Shown: piece after piece, positions 36,978-49,300 of the stretch
How positions within the stretch are numbered: position 1 is the stretch's first letter
Layout: each line of letters begins with the position of its first letter
NCBI RefSeq assembly: GCF_001194135.2
Contig: NC_069001.1
Location: 25,085,542-25,149,541 of the forward strand
Source: Octopus bimaculoides
Lineage: Eukaryota
Reading direction: 5' to 3'
Length of the DNA: 64,000 nucleotides
The notes under the pieces: generated by a model
The model's input: only the letters and a program-made list of their open reading frames with translations
Databases searched by the model: none
Told to the model about the DNA's origin: nothing
Translations under genes and position numbers: made by a program

Positions 36978-37664
36978 CAGATAGATAGATAGATAGATAG
37001 ACAGAGTGAGACAGGTAGACAGACAGAGGGAGAGAGAGAATGATAAGCGAGAGAAATATCATAAACAAAAATACATGTTGATTTGAAATGAATTTTCATT
37101 TTTTTTTCTGCTAATTTATCAGTGATTTAAAAATAAAGAAACTATTTTCAGTTTATGATCTGTTTTCTTTTTGAAAGGTTATTAAGAAGTAAATATACAT
37201 CATATGTGTCTTTTTTCTTTGCTCATATTCTTTCCGTACCACATACGTGTTACATTAACGAAAAAAAGAGAAATGTGCAGATAACTGAATTATATACACA
37301 ATGTGAATTTACTAAAGAACCTAACATCCGAATAATCTGTTTCACACCGTAATACACAGATTTGTACGCCTGCTCGACGCATGTTTCTTATGGTGTTGTT
37401 TTTAAAACAGTTTTTTCATTCATTCTCTCGTAGGCAATTGCCTTCTGAAAATGTCCATTTGCTAAGAGTCTTTGCGAATATATAAAAAGAATATCAGAAT
37501 ACTTTGAATGTTATTGATAATCAAGAAATATAGACTTAATTAGCGAGTTGTTTTTTTAGTTCAAATCGGCAGCAGGATTAACGTTGTGTCTTCTGCTATA
37601 CAGCCCCTCGCACGCATATATTTGTGGGTATACGTAAATTTCCTTATATATATCATTTTATTTT

Positions 37665-38016
37665 ATTCTTTTACTTGTTTCAGTCATTTGACTGCGGCCA
37701 TGCTGGAGTACCGTCTTTAGTTGAACAAATCGATTCCAGAAGTATTCTTTATAAGGTTATACTATGCCGAACCGCATTGTTACGAGGACGTAAACATACC
37801 AACATGGTGGGTGGGGGGACACAGAGACAAATAACAAATACACACATATATGTATATACGACGCGCTTCTTGCAGTTTCCGTCTACCAAATTCACTCGCA
37901 AGTCTTTGGACGGACCGAGGCTATAGTAGAAGACACTTGCCAAAGGTGCTACGCAGTGGGACTGAACCCGAACCATGTAGTTTGGAAACAAGCTTCTTAC
38001 CACACAACCACTCCGG
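37665..38016 (-). mobile_element. SINE family B, full length
   Basis: Starts ttttacttgtttcagtcatttgactgcggccatgctggag (reverse-complemented tail) and ends gggactgaacccgaaccatg...taccacacaacc (reverse-complemented head). Confidence 0.9.
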
Positions 38017-39502
38017 TGCCTATCGATATAAATCTATATAAGTATAAATATATGTATGTATGTATGTGTGTGTGTGTGTGTGTGTTTCTGTTTGTGATTG
38101 CATGCTTGTTAATTTACGTACGTTCTCGTCTACTTATCGGCTCATCATAACTGACCGATGGCATACGTATTTGGGTTAATACGAAATCAATACAAGGGTC
38201 AAATCTTACCGTGTAACAGAAAAGCCTTTCTCAACTGACTGACAGAAATATAAGAAAGGGTAAGAGTTATATATANNNNNNNNNNNNNNNNNNNNNNNNN
38301 NNNNNNNNNNNNNNNNNNNNNNNNNNNNNNNNNNNNNNNNNNNNNNNNNNNNNNNNNNNNNNNNNNNNNNNNNNNNNNNNNNNNNNNNNNNNNNNNNNNN
38401 NNNNNNNNNNNNNNNNNNNNNNNNNNNNNNNNNNNNNNNNNNNNNNNNNNNNNNNNNNNNNNNNNNNNNNNNNNNNNNNNNNNNNNNNNNNNNNNNNNNN
38501 NNNNNNNNNNNNNNNNNNNNNNNNNNNNNNNNNNNNNNNNNNNNNNNNNNNNNNNNNNNNNNNNNNNNNNNNNNACATCTTGTGTCTACTAAGACCTAAA
38601 TTGTTCTCCAAACGAAATTCAGCGGAATACCAAAGCGTAAGCGGGCAAGACATTTAAAATTACCGAAAAAAATCATTATCAAACAGGAAATAGTTTCGAA
38701 ATTACCATTCTTACCGAATGTCTGTTTCTCTTCAGCCTGATCCGTAATGTAACGATAATCCTCAGAACCCTATACAAAGCTGCCCACAGTCATATGTGAA
38801 CGTGTATGTGGTTCTGCTAATTACAGCTTAATGGTAAAATTCAAAAGTCTTGGTTTTGGCGCGCTAATTCCGGGAATATGTCTGCAGAAAAAAATATTTA
38901 CTGCGTCGCATATATCCAGTTTGAGAACTTGGTTATGCTTAATTCAATTAAAAACATACATATATATATGTATGTATGTATGTATATATAAAAATATGTA
39001 CATTTATATATATTTATATATTATATATACTTTTTTATTGGATGAATGCGAGTTTGACCTTCAATTGAAATTATTTCCAAATATTTCTAATGTCATTTCG
39101 TCATACTTTACTGTTTAATTTAATTATATAATTTCGCATAGATATGAAAACTGACATAGAAATAATCAGTATATCATTTAACTCATTAAACACAGTTGAA
39201 CAAATTCATTCATATTTATGTAATGGAGGAGATTAGATGTTAAAATGGATTATAGTTTTTTATATTTGATGTTGCTATACAAATTGTTTCATACAAAATG
39301 TCACAGATATTCATTAATAGAAATTCGTAAGGAGCTGATATACAATCTAAAAAGACGTTAGAAGTGCATAGATTTTCTGTTAGTTATCATTATAGAACTA
39401 TTGTATTCGTTCTTGTAGTCATGCCTATTTTAATCAGGACTCAAATATAACTATATATCAAATATATCCATATTTACAGACTGAAACACACACGCACACA
39501 CC

Positions 39503-39559
<57 letters not shown>

Positions 39560-40037
39560 ATTTCAAAATCACAATAAGAGATGATAGTATATACTGACAA
39601 GTAAAGTTAACCGCCACCTCAGTACGGCTATTCGATGTTGCTACTGTTTTAACGCTAGGCACATCTTCCACCAGCTGGTTATAAATGCAGCCACTGTCTT
39701 TGTTTATGTATTGCAAGCAGAACAATGAACCTGTATCACCCTGCAGTAGACGACGGGATTGCGAGATCGGTTCTGTTTCGCACACCCGACCACTAGAAAG
39801 CTATTTAATCGCAGGCATATAGTTGAGACAATAAGTACCATTGAACAGCCATATTGATGTGGAGATTAACTTTACTTGTCAGTATAATTACTGCTCTCAT
39901 CTCTTGTTGAGATTTTCCAACTGACTACTTTGGTGGTGCAAATCAGTGACCAATGGTCACTTTACTTTCTATCTATTGGGAAGTGGGGTGGACTCTTGCC
40001 ATATCTTTCTCCCTCACTCTCTCTCTTTCCCACATTG

Positions 40038-40093
<56 letters not shown>

Positions 40094-40119
40094 CACATAT
40101 CTATCTATCTATCTATCTA

Positions 40120-40173
<54 letters not shown>

Positions 40174-40994
40174 AATACGCGCACACAGACACAGACATAC
40201 ACGTACACACACACACACATGAACTCTTTCATTTTCCTGTGAACAAATCCACTCATATGTACTGTTATCAACTCAACTTCCGTATTGCAAGATCATTATA
40301 CAGATCGACTCCTTTGCTCATTTTACCGACTCCGAAAGGAAGAAATGCTGGGTATTAAATTTAAAACGTTAACAATGACATTCTACTTCGATGTGATACA
40401 GATTTCTCTCTGTACACCCCATTCAAAATCATTGCGTAAACAACAACAAATTGATGAAAAATAAAAAAATAATGAGATTTTCCTCTTATACTCTGGTTTC
40501 CACTTACGATTTGATGACTTTTACTTACACACTATACTTAATTACTTTCTTCGTCGATTTGTCAACTTATAAAGTGATGCCACAGGCTGAAACTGATAAA
40601 AGAACAACATAAGAATATCATAAAGAATCCATATATGTCTTTGTAATTCATTGAAGTATGAAACAATGAAAGGAAAGTGTGTGGCATTGATTGCTTAATA
40701 TATATATTTTTTTACTTGATGTTTCTCTTGTTCTATATTTAATTATGTGATATCTGCATTTAACGGTCTTCAATGTTCGACAGAAAATGAAAGTGTACAT
40801 TTTTTTTCTGCAATTCAGCAGATATTTTCTCTGAGTAAAATTCGTCTGAAGACAGATTTTATCGTCTTACGAAACCCAATAATGGTTTGTCTGGATACGT
40901 AATATCAGTCTTATAAACCGGATATCCTAGTTCGGTTCACTCAACACAGACATGCTACTAAAAGCATAAGATCTATTTTATCTATAATTTGTTT

Positions 40995-41150
40995 CGTTCA
41001 ATTAGATAGCGGCCATGCTGGGGCCCCACCATCAAGAAATATTTTAGTCGAACGAATCGGCCGCAGTCATTCTTTTTTCTAAAACTTGGCACTTATTATA
41101 TCCGTCCCTAATACAGAACGGCTAAGTCAGGGAACCGCTAAGTTAGGGAC
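40995..41150 (-). mobile_element. SINE family B tail, running into (TA)n and a gap
   Basis: gcggccatgctgggg...ttagtcgaacgaatcg...gaacggctaagt. Confidence 0.7.
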
Positions 41151-41184
<34 letters not shown>

Positions 41185-42030
41185 NNNNNNNNNNNNNNNN
41201 NNNNNNNNNNNNNNNNNNNNNNNNNNNNNNNNNNNNNNNNNNNNNNNNNNNNNNNNNNNNNNNNNNNNNNNNNNNNNNNNNNNNNNNNNNNNNNNNNNNN
41301 NNNNNNNNNNNNNNNNNNNNNNNNNNNNNNNNNNNNNNNNNNNNNNNNNNNNNNNNNNNNNNNNNNNNNNNNNNNNNNNNNNNNNNNNNNNNNNNNNNNN
41401 NNNNNNNNNNNNNNNNNNNNNNNNNNNNNNNNNNNNNNNNNNNNNNNNNNNNNNNNNNNNNNNNNNNNNNNNNNNNNNNNNNNNNNNNNNNNNNNNNNNN
41501 NNNNNNNNNNNNNNNNNNNNNNNNNNNNNNNNNNNNNNNNNNNNNNNNNNNNNNNNNNNNNNNNNNNNNNNNNNNNNNNNNNNNNNNNNNNNNNNNNNNN
41601 NNNNNNNNNNNNNNNNNNNNNNNNNNNNNNNNNNNNNNNNNNNNNNNNNNNNNNNNNNNNNNNNNNNNNNNNNNNNNNNNNNNNNNNNNNNNNNNNNNNN
41701 NNNNNNNNNNNNNNNNNNNNNNNNNNNNNNNNNNNNNNNNNNNNNNNNNNNNNNNNNNNNNNNNNNNNNNNNNNNNNNNNNNNNNNNNNNNNNNNNNNNN
41801 NNNNNNNNNNNNNNNNNNNNNNNNNNNNNNNNNNNNNNNNNNNNNNNNNNNNNNNNNNNNNNNNNNNNNNNNNNNNNNNNNNNNNNNNNNNNNNNNNNNN
41901 NNNNNNNNNNNNNNNNNNNNNNNNNNNNNNNNNNNNNNNNNNNNNNNNNNNNNNNNNNNNNNNNNNNNNNNNNNNNNNNNNNNNNNNNNNNNNNNNNNNN
42001 NNNNNNNNNNNNNNNNNNNNATATATATAG

Positions 42031-42146
<116 letters not shown>

Positions 42147-42391
42147 TTATTTATACATTATTAACGAGGCTGAATTCACCAATCAAAAGGGCGCGGGCTC
42201 TTCCTGACAACCATGTGGGAATAATTCAAAAATAAAAAGGTCGTAGTGCTTGATAAGGAAAGTTTCAGAAATTTCACGTAAAATTGGTGGAATTATCTAT
42301 TATATTCTTGTTTTGCCGCAAATGGAACCTTTTTGAGCATATTTGTGATCAACTGTGATCCAGGGTTGGCTAAGCATACAGTGAAGTATGT

Positions 42392-42773
42392 TGTTGGCCC
42401 TCCGTCGGTTACGACGTCGAGGGTTCCAGTTGATCCGATCAACGGAACAGCCTGCTCGTGAAATTAACGTGCAAGTGGCTGAGCACTCTACAGACACGTG
42501 TACCCTTAACGTAGTTCTCGGGGATATTCAGCGTGACACAGTGTGACAAGGCTGGCCCTTTTTGAAATACAGGTACAACAGAAACAGGAAGATAGAGTGA
42601 GAGAAAGTTATGGTGAAAGAATACAGCAGGGTTCGCCACCAACCCCTGCCGGAGCCTCGTGGACGTTTAGGTGTTTTCGCTCAATAAACACTCACAACGT
42701 CCGGTCTGGGAATCGAAACCACGATCCTATGACCTCGAGTCCGCTGCCCTAACCACTGGGCCATTCCGCCTCC
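42392..42773 (-). mobile_element. SINE family A, long-tail variant
   Basis: High-identity reverse complement of 2778-3160. Confidence 0.92.
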
Positions 42774-43512
42774 ACTACGTTTTATGGTAATCACCTGGAT
42801 ATCTACAAGTGTGTAAGTTCTGCTTTCTCGAGAAGAATCCTGGTTCATATTTTATTCTTTAAATCGTACGATATAATACATATTTCTTTGTAAGTATCAG
42901 TAAATATGAAGATTATATCATCACAGTTTATTTCAGGTTTTATCATAATTATAAGGCAAGATATTCTTTTCGACTCTGACAGTTTATGGTGATATATCTA
43001 AATTCTGACTTTTAGTCGTATACAATCTTTTGTCAGCAACATCCACCGCACTTAGTTTACCAGGAAATGAGGAAGATTTTATGTGGTGTACCAATGTACA
43101 AGTGATATGAGCTAAAATCCTGCTCCAGTAACGACTTATCGTCTCAATATGGAAACGACTTACTGGATAATGCAATTGCTGATACAAAGTCGGTGAAATG
43201 GAACGTCTTCGATAATAGATTTGCCATTTGTGCAATCAGACAAAACAGCACATAGAAATTTATTTTGCCATTATCATGTGATTCATCATCATCATCATCA
43301 TTGCCATCATCAACGTCGTGTCTGTCGTCGTCGTCGTCGTCGACGACGTCATCGTTATCGTCGTAGTCGTCATCATCATCATTATCATTATCATCCGCAN
43401 NNNNNNNNNNNNNNNNNNNNNNNNNNNNNNNNNNNNNNNNNNNNNNNNNNNNNNNNNNNNNNNNNNNNNNNNNNNNNNNNNNNNNNNNNNNNNNNNNNNN
43501 NNNNNNNNNNNN

Positions 43513-43872
43513 GACGTCGAGGGTTCCAGTTGATCTGCTCAACGGAACAGCCTGCTCGAGAAATTAACGTGCAAGTGGCTGAGCACTCCACATACACGTG
43601 TACCCTTAACGTAGTTCTCGTGGATATTCAGCGTGACACAGTGTGATAAGGCTGACCCTTTGAATTACAGGTACAACAGAAACAGAAAGTAAGAGTGAGA
43701 GAAAGTTGTGTTGGAAGAGTACAGCAGGGTTCACCACCATCCCCTGCCGGAGCCTCGTGGAACTTTAGGTGTTTTTACTCAGTAAACACTCACAACGCCC
43801 GGTCTGGGAATCGAAACTGCGATCCTATGACCGCGAGTCCGCTGCCGTAACCACTGGGCCATTACGCCTCCG
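43513..43872 (-). mobile_element. SINE family A, long-tail variant (3' tip in gap)
   Basis: High-identity direct copy of 42413-42773. Confidence 0.92.
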
Positions 43873-45489
43873 CATAGTATATAACACTATCTAGCAGATA
43901 AACACCGTTTTGTAGAGTATGAATAGAGTTCTTATCGACAACTCCTCGTATTAAATCTTAGTTTTCACCTTCAAAGAATTTGATCTTAAGACTAAATATT
44001 TTAAGACATTGGCTAAGTCACGCTGCCTATATCTTACACCCCATCAGCATAATTGTTACAGTAGTAGTTCTCCTAGACGACGTTGAGTCAAGGTCACTGT
44101 ACGATTAATAATTATTTCACGAAGCCCAAGGATTAAATGAAGAAGGTGGCTAAATATTGCAAAGAATTTTGTTTGGTATTCTACCGATTCGAATATTCAC
44201 CATCCTTTGCGCGATCGATAGAAAAGTGTTAGAGAACGCATGCCGTTTAAAAGCTCCAGGAGAATTTCAACATCAAATAACAAATCAATATCAAAAATAG
44301 TAACAGAGTAAATAAAAGTGAAATACCACCACCACCACCACCACCACCACCAGTAACAACAACAACAACAACAACAACAGCATGGCAAACAGTATTCACT
44401 AAGAATACGACATCAATAAGAAAGATGTGTTTTCTAAACACCTATTGCGAATTCAATATATTTTTTGACTATAAGATATGACGCCGAAGAAAAATGTAAC
44501 AAAATTTCTAAATGTTAGTAACTGAAATAATTTTTTGGATGTTGTGAATAACATTTTCATATAGTCATCGGCATTGTTTTGGTGTAAATTTTAACGTTAA
44601 TTTCTTAGCAGGCTCCATAGTTATTAGACTATCAATCTACATCACTAGTAATCAACAAAGATGCGACTTAGAAATAGACAGCGTTGTTAGTGTACTAGTC
44701 ATGTGTGATATTATAAACTTTCTTGTGTATGCTTCTCCCAGATAATATAAGAAAGTGATTTCTGTAATGATGAAAAGCGAAAAGCAAAAGTCCCGCGTTT
44801 CGGCATTGAGTTTTCACCAATCGAATTTTTTGTCGAGTCAGAATCTCGCAATGAATCACATTAGCAACGCTCATATAACACACTAAGAACACATTGCTCA
44901 CATTAGCAACACAGTGTTCACAGTAAGTCACACTAGCAACTCAATTAATAAAAGTATTACATATAAACGAGCCAGTCTGAATATCATAAAATCTTGATTT
45001 ACTAAGATGTCTCAAACAATACCTCATAATCATCTCACTAAATATGTTAAATTAGAGTCTCGGTCACTGGGGAATACTATAAACAGTATGAAACACTCGA
45101 AACGCACTTATGGAAACAAGTTAAAAGCTTAAACTGAAAAAGAATTCACGGAAAGTGAAATTCATGTAAAGTGAAATTCATGTAAAGTGAAATAATACTA
45201 CAAATACGACAGCATAATAACCCAAACACTGACTTCAGAAGATCGGATTATAAATACAGCATAGTAGACTATAATACCCTATAAGTTATCTTAGAGGAAG
45301 CTACATTTAATAAAGAACATACAGTTCCGGACACAACAATCCTAAAATAAGAGAGAAGTACTCTTCGTATTTTCGGTGAACTTATCTTACAGCGTAAAAT
45401 AAGAAATAGAGGAACTTAACAAAAGTTTGAAGCAAGAAACTTTTATAAATATTGGTGTTAAATTTTGATAGGAGACCAGCAAATTCCAG

Positions 45490-47745
45490 GGAGGGAATAA
45501 GTTGATTACAACAACCCCGGGATAGAACTAGTACTTATTTTATCCAATCCTACAGAATGAAAAGTAAAGTCGACCCTGGCGGCTTTTCTGCTAGTTCGCC
45601 ACCTTTTGTAAATATTAGTCTTACATTTTGGTGCAGGGCTAACAATTCCGGGAGAGGAGCTAAGAAGACTGTACTTCAGGAGTCAACTGGTACTTGTTTT
45701 ATCGAACCTGAAAGGATGAAAAGTAGAGATTTTTCGCAGAAGAATTTGAACTCAGAACATAAAGTCGGACCAAAGATCACTAAGCACTTCTCTTATTCGT
45801 GCTAACGATTTTCCAAGATCACAGTCTTAGAAAATCCTATAACCATTGATGGCAGGCTACAAACAGTTCTTGCACATAATCTAAAACAGAATCCTAATCA
45901 AACAAGATAAACATGCAATAGAAATAATTTACAGAGCAAATAAATATGATCAGCCTAAAATCCAATAATGTACATCGCAACATGTGTGGTAATCAGATGA
46001 TCAGGTGCCGAAATAAAGTACAAAACTGTGTAAATCTTAAACGACATCGCTTTGGAATGAAAAACTGAAGGGGAAATACAAATTACAAAGGAAAAGAGAT
46101 TGGTGCTGTATATTAGACACAAAACAGAATCTCAAAAATATTTCAGTCCAGAACAATACAATGTTATACTCTTTGAAATTAAATTGATGCATGATTGATT
46201 AATTCAAATGGGATGCGATCCATAAATTCAATTGGGAAAACATCAGTTACGCCGTCACGTAAAAACTAAAACTAAAATGAAGAATAAAGAGATTAGATAA
46301 AAAAAAAAAAATCATACTCAAACGATTCTGTAGAAGTTACAAGAAGACTTGAAAGTTCCATAGTAAAAATATACAACTGGAGAAGGTATGTGGTTCATGA
46401 AATAGAAATTATTTGGAGAAAAAATGTGGCACTTTGACATTGAAGACATAAACAATTAGTCGAGAGAAAAGAGAATAATCCCATCATATAGCGTCAAAAG
46501 AATAGGGAAATATGGTGATAGTAAGTATAAGAGTATTTGAGGAGGAAAGAATCATCTATATTCTTCTCGAATCCAAATTGTCATACGCCAACTTGACCAA
46601 ATACTATAGCGTAATGATTTACAAAAGGAAAGCCATTCCACTTTTTGTTGAGCCTAGTTACAAAAAATAATCACAGGGTTTTATATCATTTTATACGTCT
46701 CAAATATTGCTTTCATATTTTAGCACAAGGCCAGCAACTCCGGCGGAGATATAGGCCGATTATATCGCCCCAAGTTATCAAGTGGTATTTATTTTATGAA
46801 TCCCAAGATGATGAAAGGCAAAGTCGACTTCGTGGGGATTTGAATTCACAACGTAAAGACGGACGAAATTCCGCTAAACATTTTTCCTGGTGTACTAACC
46901 ATTCTGACAGCTTGTCATTTGAAATGTAGTAAATATTGACTGCAAGTAAGAACCCGTATAGGCAACAAGACTGGAGTGGATTCGAATCGCGTTGAAAGTC
47001 TGTGAACTCATATGACTGCAATGTGTAGATCTGGATGAGCAAGCAATATCTGAATAAGACCAGAAAAATATATTCACTTACATAATATAGAGAGAGACAA
47101 TAAGCTTTTAAACTCAGAAGATAAAGACGAGCGAAACGGCGAAGCATGTTAACGAATTTGCCAGCTTTACGGCCGGAACAAAATTGTTCTGAAATACAAA
47201 TATCACAACAGATCGACAAAATAATCTTTTCTACTCTAGGTACTAGGTTCGAAATTTCGGGGGAGATGGCCAGTCGATTAGATCCACCCCAGTACGCAAC
47301 TGGAATTTAATTTATCCACCCCGAAAGGATGAGAGGCAAAGTCGACTACGGCGGAATTTGAACTGAGAACGCAAAGACAGACGAAATACCGCTAAGAATT
47401 TCGCCCGGCGTGCTACCGTTTCTGCCAGTTCGCAGAAAATAATGGTCATTAAATGAATTGTGGGAGGGAGTAATAGCACGTTAGGTAATTCAGTGAACAT
47501 TAACATGCCCAAATGTTTAGTAATTTAGATTTCATGCATGTAACACCACAATTATTGCCGCTCAGAAGACTATTAATATAATCTGCTAGAAATTTTGGTA
47601 CAAGACCATGAAACTCGGGGCTTGGGGTAAGCGATTTTATCTCCCGTAATGCTTAATTGATACTCATTTTAACGATCCCGAAAGAGTAAAAGGCAAAGTC
47701 GACCTCGGTGAAATTTGAACTCTGCACGTAAAGACGGACGAAAGT
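45490..47745 (-). mobile_element. Cluster of about six SINE family C copies, all on the minus strand
   Basis: Copies at approximately 45495-45600, 45645-45810, 46725-46915, 47110-47165 (partial), 47240-47432 and 47590-47745. They share gatgaaaggcaaagtcgac and/or atttgaactc and gctaacgattctgccag motifs. Confidence 0.8.
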
Positions 47746-48329
47746 TTATTAATGATAATTATGATAATGGATAATATGCCGAAAATGTATAACTTTACCA
47801 AGTATATTGCATCAGACCATGGTCTGACGGTTAAGCATCAGATATAACATTTTGTGAAAAGCAGACACCTATCTAATATTATTCTAAATTACCATTTCGC
47901 TTCATATCATTCAGTTATTCTATAATTAACATCACTTCAGAACATGTCTCTTTTAATATATTTTTCTAGCATCACAAACTATTCTCTCTCTCTCTCTCTG
48001 CCACACTTTCTCTCCACCTATATTTATTTCTCATTGTCTTCAATTCTTTTTAACTCTTTTCTTTCTTTCTGCCTCTTGTGCTTATTTGTTTGCTTTTCAC
48101 TAATATTTTTACATCTAGGTCTTGAATATCAAAAAATTAATTTTCAAATTTTCTTTCTTTTCATGTAAGCTACATCCATATTGTTAATTTCTTAAACAAA
48201 ATACTAGAACCTACAATCTATGAAGTTTGAAAAAATATTAAATAATAAAAATAATAAATGAATGCAGAAGTAATTGTAATGACAGATATATCAATGATAT
48301 CCGCTGAATTTTCTAAATTTCTCAATTTT

Positions 48330-49300
48330 TGGTACGTTCAACATGCTTTTTTAAGTTTAAGTTGTAGTGATATCGACCACTTGACATCAATAATTGCACC
48401 CTTCATTGCTTACAGTGTTACATTTTCTTAATCGGCTCTCTGAAAAAAATCTGTGCATGCTAGGTGGGTCTCTTCCATTAACAAGGATGCTGTATAGTTA
48501 TCTTGTGTAGAACGTACGGCTTCTGTATCCAAATAGTGAACCTATTACAACTCATCCCAATAACGTAACTGTATGAAAGCTCCAAGCAAAGATGAGTAAC
48601 CCTCTAAAGCTTGTCTAAATCGGCATGAATGCATTTGGGTAAATGAGATGATACTTATCGGGCAACGGATATTACCTGTAGAGAGATGTGGTAATTTACT
48701 CCGCCATTCCAGTCAACAACTTATACGAAGTGAAAAAGCTAGTGGAAATATTTTATTCTCTGAATATCTAAAGTTTTCCGGACGTGGAATTTATATTGAA
48801 ACATAGAGATTCACTGATGTGAAAACTGTTATGTCTCAAGCTACTGCTATCTATTACCTTCGGATGATCTTTACTCAACCGCGACACGATTGCTATTCAT
48901 GAACTACTCAACTCCTACCACGGCCAGACTACCTTTATTTATATGTCTTGGTCGATCCTACTTCTTCGCTTGGGGGCGTCGACACAACAAAAACATACGA
49001 GCGTAAATTGCTTCTGTCCAGTTCTCGATTAAGGAAAAGCCAAAACAGAACTGCAATGTCAGATTATACGGTCATTCAAATATAGTTAATCCTTTTCCTT
49101 TGGCCAATAGGACACCAATCATATGCGGTCTGGCTATCCTAATAGATGTAGTACCTTCCGATATCTTATTCGGTGATACCTGCTTCCATACCGACCTCAC
49201 ACCATTCCAAAATTGCGTAATGATATTTCGCGAAAGTGTGGAGTAAGCTACTTATATTGTTTTACCTTAAGGTAATGCGAACTATTTTAATTCAGACGCC
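48330..49300 (-). mobile_element. Very old RTE-like LINE RT remnant
   Basis: Minus strand aatggtgtgagg... (NGVR, cf. GVRQGC.LSP) near 49200, and a weak LE.FH...L..+LG+ echo near 48580. No open frame. Confidence 0.25.

Noticed and set aside
39504-39785. Minus ORF with ctgcag|ggt acceptor-like site (GDTGSLFCLQYINKDSG...)
   Set aside because: No recognisable homology, weak pyrimidine tract and weak donor, and adjacent to SINE debris.
45150-45192. Short tandem repeats (16-bp aaagtgaaattcatgt x2.7; 7-bp ggtgcta at 25115-25145; cacattagcaac at 44860-44940) considered as CRISPR-like or regulatory arrays
   Set aside because: No unique spacers of constant length, in a eukaryotic context; ordinary slippage minisatellites.
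45000-46600. Possible third, very old Penelope-like remnant (PLMAGYKQ ~45844; IGKTS ~46230)
   Set aside because: Only two or three very short motif echoes with no continuous frame, which cannot be distinguished from chance without a profile search.
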